A stretch of 64,000 nucleotides of DNA from contig CM059431.1 in assembly GCA_030390025.1 (NCBI GenBank), positions 159,466,001-159,530,000 of the forward strand. The letters are read 5' to 3'. Position 1 is the first letter of the stretch. Each line of letters starts with the position of its first letter. Both the position numbers and the translations under genes were made by a program. The notes beneath the pieces were generated by a model. It made no database searches. It saw nothing but the letters and a program-made list of their open reading frames with translations, and was not told where the DNA came from. Source of the stretch: Squalus acanthias (Eukaryota). This document shows, one piece after another, positions 1-11,769 of the stretch.

Positions 1-211
1 AAATGACGAGCAAAATGGAGATTAAATTAATAATCAGTTGTTGCTGATGCATAGAAATAACATTTCTTTCAAATGTTGGGCACTGGATGTCTCCACCTCT
101 TCAGCAGACCGAGGACGTGATGTGTCCCTCCGGTTAACGATTCCCTTTGCCTCTCTTGAAACTTGCAAGAGCTGCTGCTTACTTCTGCTCAGTCAATCCT
201 CCCCAGTGCAT

Positions 212-985
212 ACCAATAACAAGAAATTGTATTTATATAGTGCGTCCAATGCAGTAAAACGTCCCAAGGCGCTTCACAGGAGCGTTACCAAACAAAATTT
301 GACACCGGGCAACATAAGGAGATTTTAGGGCAGATGACCAAAGGCTTGGTCAAAGACATAGGTTTTAAGGAGCTTATTAAATGAGGAAAGAGATGTTGAA
401 AGGCGCAGAGATTCAGGGAGGGAATGACAAATCTTAGGGACTTGGCCGCCAATGGTGGAACGATAAAATCTCGGATGCTTAAGAGGGCAGAATTGGAGAA
501 ACACAGATATATCGGAGGGCTGTAGGGCTGGAGGAGATTACCCAAATAGGGAGGGATTTGAAAACAAGAATGAGAATTTTAAAATCGAGGCGATTTCTTA
601 ACCGAGAGCCAAAGAAGGTCAGCGAATACAGGGCTGATGGGTCAACAGGACTTGGTGAGAGTTAGGACCCGGCAGCAGAATATTGGATAAACTCAATTTC
701 CGGTGTGTAGAAAGTGGGAGGGCGGATAGGAATGCGTTGGAATAGTTAGGTCTAGAGGTAACAAGAGCACGGATGAAGGTTTCAGCAGCAGGTGAACTGA
801 AGCAGGGGCGGAATTGGGCGATGTTACAGAGGTGGAAATAGGAAGTATTAGCGCGGATATGTGGGCGCAAATTCATATCGGTGTCAGATATGGCACCAAC
901 GTTAGGAATAATCTGGTTCAGCCTAAGACAGTTGCCGGGCAGAGGGATTGAGTCGATGGCCAGGGAACAGAGTTCGTGGCAGCCT
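212..985 (-). mobile_element. L2-clade LINE, 3' fragment (RT C-terminus and tail)
   Basis: ORF 619-876 reads YFHLCNIAQFRPCFSSPAAETFIRALVTSRPNYSNAFL, resembling the L2 RT C-terminal motif; tail-like sequence (ttgtatttatatagtgc...aaacgtcccaaggcgcttcaca) at 227-278. Confidence 0.75.
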
Positions 986-1591
986 CACACTTACCATCTC
1001 GCCACATGGCATGCCAATTTCGATGCTGGTGCGTTGTATTGCGAGAGCGAGTAACCAAGCATTCTCATCACGTTTTGTTTATCGTCAACCTGGCGTCGCA
1101 ATGTTGATCAAGTCTTCAAATTAATCTAGTAAAAGGGGAGAGGGAGACGTGTTAGGATAAAGCTGTTAAGGAAAATATTGGAAACCAGCGGCCTCTCCAT
1201 GAATCAGCAAGTTATCAAAGGTCAGTGAGTGCATGACTGAAAGAAGTAGCAGAAGAATAGGAAGATAAGCTGTCAACACAATCTGCTGTGCCAAGCCTCT
1301 GGCCTCGGTACATCCGATCCTGACTCATGTGCAGCTTTCTATTATTTATATCGCAGCCTGTTCCATAGAGCGAGTGTCTGCTGTGTGGTGAGAATTTCCG
1401 CGTTGCCGTTTGCCTGTCTTCTATTGTGTGACAGGTTCTGCTACAAGAGCAAATGAAACTCGGTTAACATGTGTTCTGGGAAAGGGTGTTCTATCCTTTC
1501 CATACATTAGGCACTTTACCATATGGAGCTCGAGTGAAGAGCACAGCAAAGAGAGAACTGAATTGTCGGCCATTGCTCAGGTGTTAATTAA

Positions 1592-2935
1592 ACATAAGAA
1601 CATAAGACGAAGTTCTGACGAAGGGTCATCGACCTGAAACGTTAACTCTGTTTCTCTCTCCACAGATGCTGCCTGACCTGCTGAGTATTTCCAGCATTTT
1701 CTGTTTTTATTTAAGAACATAAGAATTAGGAGTAGGAGTAGGCCATTCAATAAGGTCATGGCTGATCTTCTACCTCAACTCCACCTTCCCGCCCGATCAC
1801 CATATCCCGTGATGTCCCTAGAGTCCAAATATCTATCTATATCAGCCTAGAATAGACTCAACGACTCAGCATTCACATCCCTTTCGGGTAGAGAATTCCA
1901 AAGATTCACAACCCTCTGAATGAAGAAATTCCTCCTCCTCTTAGTCCTAAATGGACAACCCCTTATCTTGAGACTATGTGCCCTAGTTCTTCACTCTCCA
2001 GCCAGGCGAAGCAACCTCTCAGCAACTACCCTGTTAATCCACCACAGAATCGATATGTTTCAATGAGATAAACTCTCATTCGTCTAAACTCCAGAGAGTA
2101 TAGGCCCAATCTACTCAATATCTGCTCATAGGACAACCCTCTCATCCCAGGGATCAATCTAATGAACCTTTGCTCCACCGCCTCAAAGACAGGTGTTGCC
2201 TTTCTCAGATAAGGAGATCTAAACTGTGCACAGTACTCCAGGTGTGATCTAACCAAAGCCCTATACAATTGTAATAAGACTTCCTTACTCTTGTACTCCA
2301 ACATCCTTGCAATAAAGGCCAACATGCCATTTGCCTTCCTAATTGCTTGCTGTAACTGCATGCTAAATTTTTGTGTTTCCCATAAGTGGACACACAAATC
2401 TCTCTTTAGAGCAACATTTAATAGTTTCTCTCCATTTAAAAAATATTCTGTTTCTCTATTCTTCCTTCCAAAGTGAATAACCTCACATTTTCCCACATTA
2501 TACTCCATCTGCCACCTCATTTCGCATTCACTTCACCTGTCTATATCGCTTTACAGGCTCTTTGTATCCTCCTCACAGCTTACTTTCCCACCTAGCTTTG
2601 TATCATCAGCAAACTTGGATATATTGCACTCGGTCCATTCATCTAAGTCATTAATATAGATTGTGAAGGGCTGAGGCTCAAGCACTGATCCTTGCAGCAC
2701 CCCATTAGTTACAGCCTGCCAACTGGAAATTGACTCGTTTATACTTATTTTCTGTTTTCTGCCCGTTAACTAGTCCTCTATCCATGCTAATATATTAACC
2801 CAACCCCATGAGCGCTTATCATGCATAGCAACCTTTTATGTGGCACCTTATCGAACGCCTTTTGTAATTCCAAATGTACTGGATCCATCGGTTTCCCTTT
2901 AGCTACCCTGCCTGTGCATTCTCAAAAAACTCTGA
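1592..2935 (-). mobile_element. CR1 (HER1-like) LINE, 5'-truncated and decayed
   Basis: ORF 2026-2520 (WQMEYNVGKCEVIHFG...LYRALVRSHLEYC) is the CR1 RT C-terminus; (aacataag)n tail at 1591-1724. Confidence 0.9.
1608..1711 (+). mobile_element. Penelope-derived short insert with minimal hammerhead ribozyme core
   Basis: ctgacga-agggtc-atc-gacct-gaaacgtt at 1615-1643; flanked by direct repeat taagaacataaga (1595-1607, 1712-1724); equals one arm of the palindrome at 62285-62523. Confidence 0.7.
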
Positions 2936-3009
2936 TAGAATTCTGTAGAAAGCAAACCTAGAAAACGGAAGATGGGGTTGCCTCTGGGCTTGAGGATCTG
3001 ACAGCATCG

Positions 3010-3705
3010 AATCATACTAATTTACGGTCCAGAAGGAGGCCATTCGACCCATCGTATCTGTATCTGCCGAAAATGAGCTATCCAGCATAATCCCAATTTC
3101 CAGCTCTTGGTCTGTAGCCTTGCATGTTATGGCACTTCAAGTGCACATGCTAGTACTTCTTTAATGCAATGAGGGTTTCTACCACACTTTCAGGCAGTGA
3201 GTTCAAGACCCTCACCACCCTCTGGGTGAAAAACAAGTTCTCCTCAACTCCCCTCTAATCCATCTACCAAATACTTTAAATATATGCCCCCTGGATACTG
3301 ACCTCTCTGCTAAGGGAAATAGTTCCTTCATATCCACTCTATCTTGGCACCCCTCATAATTTTATACACCTCAATTAAGTCTCCCCTCAGCCTCCTCTGT
3401 TCCAAAGAAAACAACTCCAGCCTATCCATTCTTTCCTCATAGCTAAAATTCTCCAGTCCTGGCAACATCGTTGTAAATATCCTCTCTAGTGCAATCACAT
3501 ATTTCCTGTAATATGGTGACCAGAACTGTACACTGTACTCTAGCTGTGACCAAAACTAGTGTTTTATACAATTCAAGAATAACCTCCAGGCTCGTATATT
3601 CTATATCTCGGCTAATAAAGGAAAGTATCTCATATGTCTTCTTAACCACCTGACCTACCTGTCGTTCTAATGTCAGGGATCTCTGGACATGCATTTCAAG
3701 GTCCC
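3010..3705 (-). mobile_element. CR1 LINE 3' fragment
   Basis: ORF 3443-3808 (ILSFISRDIEYTSLEVILELYKTLV); CR1-type tail aggccattcgacccatcg near 3037. Confidence 0.8.
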
Positions 3706-3774
3706 AAAATATCCTGGGTTGACAGAATGCTGAAGGAAGCATACGGGGAACCAGCTGACGTCGTCCACGCACCT

Positions 3775-4125
3775 GACACGGTAGCATAGTGGTTAATTTA
3801 CAGAACAAGTAATCCAGAGGCCTGTACTAATGATCCAGAGACGTGAGTTCAAATCACACCACGACTGCTGGGGAGTTTAAATTAACTTAATTAATTAAAA
3901 ATGGAACAAAAACTCGTATCAGTAATCACCATGCAACTGCTGGGTTTTCGCACAAACCCATCTGGTTCACTTTCGGGAAACAACCTGCTGTTCTGACCTG
4001 GTCTGACCAGCATGTGACTCAACAGACCCACAGCAATGTGGTTCACTCTTAACTGCCCTCTGAAATGCCGCTACTATAATAAGAATAAAACCAGACGGAC
4101 CACCGGCATCGAACTAGGCACTGTA
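3775..4125 (+). mobile_element. tRNA-derived SINE, decayed
   Basis: A-box-like ggtagcatagtggtt (3780) and B-box-like gagttcaaatc (3845), followed by a body resembling shark SINEs (aaacccatctggttcact...agacccacagcaatgtggtt). Confidence 0.65.
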
Positions 4126-4131
4126 AACAAT

Positions 4132-4560
4132 GGCCCGAAAATTAGACCTAATGCGGGAGAGTACGCACTGTGTACTCTCGCGTCTTAGGTCCCGAATTGC
4201 CGGTTTCCTGCATGCACTGCGCATGCGCGGGTAACCGGCACTTCGTGTATTGCAAAGGGGGCGGTTCCTAAGTGAACCGCGTGCGCACAACAGGTTGTGC
4301 GCACGCAGCGCACTTAGTTTTTTTTCAGCTTTGAACGCGCAGGTTAGTGTTGAAGATTTTACACATAAAGAAAGCAGGCGTAAGATGCCCTTTTAACAAG
4401 ATAAGTAGTTAATTAAGTATTATTTTAAAAAAATTTCAACAGGTTTATCTTTTTTAAAGACTTTAAAGAAAGGTAAGTTTATTTTTATAACTTTTAAAAA
4501 GAATTAAAAAAATTTCAAAGTTTAAAGTGGTTAATTTGTTTAACTATAGTTATTTTATCA
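4132..4560 (+). mobile_element. Harbinger-type MITE, left half only
   Basis: Starts ggcccgaaaattagacctaat; near-identical to 59081-59520 and to the reverse complement of 5620-6055; cut off where duplication copy A begins. Confidence 0.85.
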
Positions 4561-4561
4561 A

Positions 4562-6720
4562 TACAGATGCCAGACGTAAAACGCAAGTCATATTCTGACA
4601 ATTTCAGGACATACTCATTATCGCTACTCTCTGTTCCCTACCTCCTAGCCAATTCCTTATTCAAGCCAAAAGGTTGGCTCCAGTTCCATGTGCTCTCTTT
4701 TTTCTTACAGTTGAAAATTATCGAATTACTTCTGAAAGTCCGTAAAATGACATCCATTATCACTCCCTTATATGCCACGTTATTTATCGCCTCAACATAT
4801 TGCACTAGTTTCGTTATAAATGACTTACCCCTTACAAATCCATGCAGCTTTTCTCCGATCACCTCATATTTGTTCAAATGCTCAGCCACTCTATCCGCAA
4901 CAACAGATTCCAATAATTTCCGCACAGCTGACATTAGATTCATAGTCCTATTATTTCCCAGTTTATCTCTCCTACCCTTCGTAATTAATGAAGTGACTTT
5001 GGCACTTTTGCATTCCAAGAGAATTCCTGAATCGAGAGAATTTTGTAAGATATACTGACGCATTTCCTCACATAGTACTTTTAATACCCTGGGGTGAAAG
5101 CTATCGTGTCTGAAGATTTGTTTATTGTTAATCACATTTCTTTTCTCCACCACTGTGCTTTGACGTATATTGAATCTAGTTAGTTGCTCACCTTGATTGA
5201 TTTTTAGTTTTCCTTGTATCTCTGGTGCTTGTGGGATGGAACAGAGGTTCCTGGGAGTTAATGTGCATAGGTCCCTGAAGGTGGCAGGACATAATGGCCC
5301 AGAAATTAAACATCGATGTTTCCCGCGGGGGTAAGGATTCCCCGTGATATCGCACTCCGTGCCTACCTTTTTGTTTGGGGCCCACACGAACTTTAGTTTC
5401 AGGGCCACTCCCTGTTGCAACCGTGCAGTGCTTGCGTCTCCCAGAGGCGCAATTAGGTCGTGGGAGCTCTGGGATCACGTGATTCAGTTAGAGCCAATGG
5501 CAGCACACCATCTTTCATTCATAGTTTTGACAGCAAGGGCTGTCAAAGCTATGAATACTACAAGCCCCCAAAAGAACAGCGAAACCTCAATTAAATTAAA
5601 AAAGCCATCACATTAATAAAATAGCTATAATTAAATAAATTATCCACTTTAAACAAAAAATTAAATTTTTGAATAATTTAAAAATCTTTTTAAAAGTTAT
5701 AAAAATAAACTTACCTTTCTTTAAAGTCTCTAAAAAAGATAAACCTGTTGAAAAAATTTAAAATAACACTTCATTAACTACTTACCTTGTTAAAAGTGGG
5801 CCCTACGCCTGCTTTCTTTATGTGTACAATCTTCACTACTTACCTGCGCGTGCAAACCTGAAAAATAAACTAAGTGCACTGCGTGCGCACAACCTGTAGT
5901 GCGCACGCGGTTCACATAGGAACCGCCCCCTTTGCAATACACGAAGTGCCGGTTTCCCGCGCATGCGTAGTGCATGCAGGAAACCGGCAATTCGGGACCT
6001 AATACGCGAGAGTACACAGTGCGTACTCTCGCGTATTAGGTCTAATTTTCGGGCCATTGACTGAGTGGTTAGCAAAGCATATGGGATCTGGTGCTTCAGA
6101 GATAGAGGTACTGAGTATAAAATTAGAGAAGATATCCTGAACCTTTAAAAAGCGCTGGTTAGGCCACAACTGGTGTATTGCGTCCAGTTCTGGTCACCAG
6201 ACTTTAGGAAGGATGTGAAGGCCCTTGACACGGTGCAGAGGAGATTGACCAGAATGGTTCCGGGGATGGAGGATCTTAGCTACAAGTGCAGGTTGTAGAA
6301 GCTGGATTTATTTTCCTTAAGAGCAAAGGAGGTTGCTGGGTGATTTGATAGATGTGTACAAGATTATGACGGGTTTGGATAGGCGAGAAGGGGAAAGGCT
6401 GTTCCCAGTCGTTGATGTTACAAGAACCAGGGGCACAGATTTAAGTTTTTGAGCAAGAGATACAGGGGGGACGTGAGGGAAACTTTTTTAAGCAGCGAGT
6501 GTTGATGACCTGGAATTCGCTGCCGATAGAAGTGGTGGAAGCGGAGACACTCAATGTTTTCAAGGGGAGACTGGATAGGCACATGACAGAAATAAACTTG
6601 ATGGGCTACGTGGAAAGAGCGGGGCAATGGGACTGTTTAGATTGCTCCACAGAGAGCCGGCACGGACTCGATGGGCCGTATCGCCTCCTTCAGTGCCGTT
6701 ATGACCCTGTGACTCTATGT
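4562..6720. mobile_element. Head-to-head CR1 fragments (minus to ~5235, plus from ~5236), the plus fragment interrupted by a MITE
   Basis: Minus ORF 4638-5420 contains HPRVLK...HGFVRGKS; the plus strand carries a CR1 RT end and tail (ctatgt) near 6715; the same junction recurs at ~13510 and ~28195. Confidence 0.85.
5296..6055 (-). mobile_element. Complete Harbinger-type MITE (760 bp)
   Basis: Ends ggcccagaaatt / aattttcgggcc; absent at the paralogous site 13561-13571 (gacatattga); reverse complement of 59081-59844. Confidence 0.9.
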
Positions 6721-6836
6721 CTTTATCCTCATCCTCTAATTTCAACAAGATAGAAAGTAACTATTTTTAAGTTGACCATATCCTGATTTTCAATAATTTA
6801 AATTGCATCTGCATCTGTCATTAGCGGAGGCACAAT

Positions 6837-7584
6837 GGCCCAGATTTTTCGATCCCCACGGGTGGGTACGCGCTGTGTACCCATCCGTTGGGACATCGGA
6901 AATTCCGGTTTCAAGCATGCACAGCGCATGCGCTGAAAACCGGCATTTCCGATCTGTCAAGAATGGTCTTGACAGATCCTCCGGCTTCACTGGAGAAGGG
7001 CCTCTGCGGCCGGATAGTTCCGCTTTTTGGAGAAGTTCCGCCCGCAGAAAACCCTTACATTTCTGACGCCTGGTAAAAGCAGGCGTAAGGCCTCCTTTTA
7101 CCAGGATAAGAGTTTATTTTTTTTTAAATGTTTCCACTGACTTATCATTTACAAATACTTTTTAAAAGGTACGTTTATTTTTAGCTCCGTAAAAAGCTTC
7201 AACTACTTTTTTTCAAGAAAATTATTTTTTTCTTTAAAATACTTACCTTATTGTAATTTCAAGTCATTTTAAACATGTTTTTTTTTAATTTATTTAACGT
7301 TTTACTATGTTTTTGGGAGGATCTCCGTTCATATATTTGACAGGTCTTCCTGTCAAATGTCTGAAGGGTGACTCTCTTCTTTCATTTGCTCTCCATGGCC
7401 CACGTGATCCCAGAGACGCTGCGAACTACATGCGCCTCTGGGATACGTGGGCCCTGCAAACTTCGAGTTTGGAGAGGCACAGAAGCGGAAGCGTGTGTGT
7501 CCGGGGAACTTTCATGTAAGGTCGTAGATTTTTCCAGATCGGAGGAATGCGCACGCAGGAAGCCTCCGATCGGAATGTACAGCC
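6837..7584. mobile_element. Harbinger-type MITE
   Basis: Starts ggcccagattttt after aat, ends ggaatgtacagcc; internal hairpins (ccggtttcaagcatgc...gcatgcgctgaaaaccgg; tttgacagg...cctgtcaaa) shared with the other MITEs. Confidence 0.7.
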
Positions 7585-7608
7585 TCTAATAACGAGTTCG
7601 AACACATT

Positions 7609-8365
7609 GGCCAGGATTTTACCGGGCCTATGACGGTGTATGCACAGTGTACGCCATCGTAAGTGCCCCACAAGTTCCGGGTTTCCGCATGTCATGCGCT
7701 GCGCGAAAACCCTGAACTTGCGATGTGTCAAATTTCTGCTTGACAGTTTGCACGCATCTGCTGGAAATTGACATTCGTTGGCGCACATTTGGGCCACTTG
7801 CCCAAATACTGCCCAGCGAATACCCACCAAACACTTATGCCTGATAAAAGCAGGCTTAAGGCCTTCTTTTACAGGCATAAGGGTTTAAATAAATGTTAAA
7901 TAAACATTTTAAAATAATTAAAACATTCCCTTACATTTAAAATTAGTGTAGGTTATTTTTTGTCCCGTTTAAAAATGTTTAAATTTAATTTTCAAACAAG
8001 TTAATGATTAAGTAAATGGTATTTTATTTAATTTTGAATCTGTGGTGATTTATTTTAATATCTGTGTTGCGAAAATGTGTTTTTGGGTAATTTCTATTAT
8101 GCTTATGGGGATTCCGTTCCCAAATGGAATCTCCATAAGCATAATGGGAATCCCTCTTTGTGATTGGTTGGGCTTGCCCACGTGATCCCATGGACGCTTG
8201 AGAATCGCATGCACCCCTGGGATACGTGGCCCTTTACGCAGGCGTATGACTACAGGCCCAGGAGCGCAAGTGTTCGAAGGTCCGCAGCAATCAGCTCGAT
8301 GCGGAGTCTTCTTGTGGTTCGGAGGTGCTCGCCCGCGGCAAGCCTCCGAGCACAATGTCCACCCC
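7609..8365. mobile_element. Harbinger-type MITE with ATT target-site duplication
   Basis: att|ggccaggatttt ... aatgtccacccc|att; GC-rich arms around an AT-rich core. Confidence 0.75.
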
Positions 8366-8379
8366 ATTATGTTCCCTGT

Positions 8380-9560
8380 TAGCTAGGCGTTCCCTTAGTG
8401 AATAATCTAGGCTTATTACTCATTCCTAAATAAGGCCTGTTCTCTTGTTGGTTCAAGAACCTATTATTCCCAAAAATGTTTCCGAAAACACTCAATAAAT
8501 TCGCTGCCTTTAGGACTCGAGCTGTCTGCTTCCCACAGTCGACCTGATAATTGAAGTCTACCATTATAACTGCTCAGTTCTCTGATCTTCGCCTTTATGT
8601 ATCCCGCTACTTTAATGCTGCTATCTGGAGGTCTATAAATAACTCCACCAAAGACTTGCTTCCTTTTCTATTCCTCAGTTCTACGCGCATAGCGTTTCTA
8701 CAGCCTGCTCATCTTTATTGATTTCTCATCTTTCTAACGATGTAACAGTGCACCTTGTCAATATTGCTCCTCATTCTCTTTCTGTCCCAATTCCCTGTCC
8801 TTTTAAAGACTTTATAACTTGGAATATTTATCTCCCAGTCATTTCCAGCTTGTAGCCAGGTCTCAGTGATGGCCACTACGCCATACCGGTTAAGATGATT
8901 TTAGGCTTCTAATTCACTTCCAATTGGCAATCGACCCTCATGCCCTGATGTTTAAACACACATTTCAATTCATCGCATTTCCTTGTTTATTACCACGTCT
9001 GTTGTATTTTGATCCGTATTTTGTTGCTACCTCCTATCTATTTCTGATTCTGAAATATGTATATTATATTTAACACTAATGATGATCTGGACTCCCCTTT
9101 TTAAATTTTTAAGCTAGTTTTAGTTGTATTTTTGTCTGAGCCTTCCATCACCCTCCCCGTTTTATTGGTTTACAATCGTTCATACAACCCTATTTTACCT
9201 TGCATCTTGTACCTTCGTCCGAAATCAGTTCAGGTGAAGCCTGTCCCAGTGTTACAGCTCCTGCCTGTATCAGCAGTATTGGCAGTGTCCCATGAAATGG
9301 AACCACTCTTTTCCATGCGAATCATTTAGCCAGGTATGAACTTTTCTAATCGGTTTTTCCTCTATGCCATTGTTCACGTGGGTGGGGAATAATCCCGAGG
9401 TTCTTGCCCTCGAGGTCCTGCCTTTTAATGTAGCGCCAATCTCCTGGGACTGTCTGAGTCGGACCTCCCTGTTCATTCCTATGTCATTCGTCCAAATATC
9501 GACCACGACAACTGGATCATTCACCGCACCCCTCCCCCGCCACTTCCAAATTCCTTTCAA
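8380..9560 (-). mobile_element. Decayed CR1 (ORF1 esterase and endonuclease remnants)
   Basis: ORF 9270-9578 DPVVVVDIWTNDIG...HTWLNDSHGKEWFHFMGH resembles the ORF1 esterase of 23137-23790; MVDFNYQVD at 8564. Confidence 0.75.
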
Positions 9561-10393
9561 AAAAACATCGAAATACAATTAGGATAATTAAGCAGGCCAA
9601 CGCATGGCTGAGTCTTTGGTGTAGGGAGTCAATCTTTTCAGTTCTTCAAACAATGAGAAAAATGTCAAACAAGGGGAGCCTATACAGAACTGATCTGGCT
9701 GCACATAAACAAAGGCGAGGGGTACAGGCGTTAGCAGACAAGATGGTAGAATGGGGGGGGTGGAGTATTTACACTAGATTCGGGGATAGTTGCGGTAGGT
9801 AAAAGAGAGTATCCATAGCGATGGTAGCAATCGTTAAGGCGTCCCACTGAAAACATGAATGATTATGATTAATAAGTGAAATTCCAAAGGTGTAAAAAAA
9901 ACAAAGTAAAAATGTTAGTAATGGAAATGGGAAAGTTAAAAGCCATTGGAGCTTTGCTTGTATTATTGCAAAAAATGTCAAACAAATAACATGAGCGACG
10001 TCGAAAGTCTTTCAGGTGCTGCTAGTTTGGACATCATTCGCGTCATGGAGACATGGTGGATTGATTCCACTCAATCGGTTACATATATGGAACGACATAA
10101 ATTGATTGGAAGAGACGATATCACGAGAAGATGAGATGGTCTGACAGTATGTTTAAGAAGGGAGATAGAACATGTCCAGGGAATTATAGACGAGTTAGCT
10201 TAACATAGATTAAGATAGGGTAGATAGATAATGGAATCTCTACTAAAGGGTGAAATAGAAAAGCATCTAGAAACTAAATATATTCTTTGAACAGAAATTC
10301 CTCTTTTTTGCCCCACATAGTTGTAAACAAATAAACGGCGATTTCGCTACGTTAATTCACCAAAATTGTGCTCAGTATATTCCGGGTCCTTAC

Positions 10394-10474
10394 CTTGTGC
10401 GGCGACTCTTGTATCAAGTTCCAGAGAGTCCGGTTAAGTTAACGTTGTGGATTCTGTAGATTAATGAACACACC
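10394..10474 (-). other. Candidate 81-nt exon, copy 1 (probably non-coding or C-terminal)
   Basis: Minus strand ctgatctttactcag|GGTG...CACAAG|gtaagg; same length in four paralogs. Confidence 0.5.
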
Positions 10475-11769
10475 CTGAGTAAAGATCAGTTACACATCAC
10501 AGTCATAAACAAGACCTTCAGCCTGATCAGTACAATCCCTCCCCGCCCTGTTCTCTGGTACAGGTTTCGATCTGAATCGCGCACTGTCTGATGCAGATTG
10601 AAATGTTGTGATAAATTAACCAAAATCATTAATCCTCTGTGTGGTAACAATGACTACATTTCCACCACAGCTCTTCCAACTGCGGTTCAGAAGACCCGCA
10701 GTGAAACCGTGTTCTGTAGCTGCAATCATTTCCTTGACCTCAAAAATATGTTATTGCTCACCATAAAAAAATGTATTAAAATACTATGAAAGGGAAGAAG
10801 GGACAAAGTTCGGTGATTATAATCTCCAGCAAATAGCCTCCAGTTCATGAGTATTAGTTTGGGCCTTTATCAGGATGGCCCAACCCATGGTTATCAGGCT
10901 CCAGGTTTCACGTACTGGAACTAATCAGTAATTGTGTGGGTTAAACTACTGACATTTCTGCTTCATCAGCCTATTAACTTTTAGTGCTGGTGATGTAATT
11001 TCTCATTTTAATTTAATCTTTCTTTTAACAGTTTGGCAGCGGATTCAATTTATTGTGAGAGTGAGAATCTCTGAACATTAAAATAAATTCCGAACTAGCA
11101 TTTGTATTTAATATGAATGTCAAAAGTTCATGCTAGCTCTGGCGTCTCCTCCGTGTCTCATTTCCCTTCCTGCTTCTCTGTGCTGCCGCTTCCAGTCTGT
11201 GTACGGCTCCCGCTGCTTCCTGCCTGCAATCCCTGCCTTTTACCTATCTGCTTCCCTCGATATTCTGCGCCTTAATTTTAATGTTTACTTTCTTCCGCCA
11301 CCGGTCCCATATCTCTTTCTTACCCAGTTTCCATTCTTATCAGCTCTATGTCTTATTCTGTCGTAACTCCCCTTCCCCAGATGTATTTTGATTCCATCTG
11401 CTCCATGCCTGAATGTCTCACTTTCTCTGTAAACGCCTCAAACTCGACAGCCTTCCTCCACCCCTAAATCTCTCCCCTAACCCTTTAGACCTCCCCCCCC
11501 TACTGCAATCATAATTGGTCTGTTGCCCTCCGTTTCCTCCTACTCTTCTTCAAGCAATACATCGAATTAGCCAATTAGGGATGTGTAATAAATGCTGGCC
11601 TTGCTAGCGATGCCCACATCCTCTGAATGAATAAAAATACGTGGGAAAGAATAAGAGGTAGAAGTGGACCAGAGGTCTTCACACTGAATTTTTGTTATTC
11701 GAACGGAAGCTTAAACGATGGACTCCAGATGTTATGTTTTGTGCAGCGAGATAGAGGATAGGACACAGG

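Noticed and set aside
1150..1490. Enhancer-like motif cluster (GATA, caaaggtca, tgactca, ttctgggaa)
   Set aside because: Short motifs are expected by chance and there is no independent support
3775..3860. tRNA gene
   Set aside because: Only degenerate A/B boxes with no cloverleaf; it continues into a SINE body
6790..8386. Numerous short Cys/Arg-rich ORFs on both strands (also 14309-16590 and 59058-59901)
   Set aside because: They are by-products of GC-rich palindromic MITE arms with no protein motifs
11000..11075. Plus-strand splice acceptor (tcttttaacag) in the duplicated module
   Set aside because: The AG is not retained in the diverged paralog at ~50697
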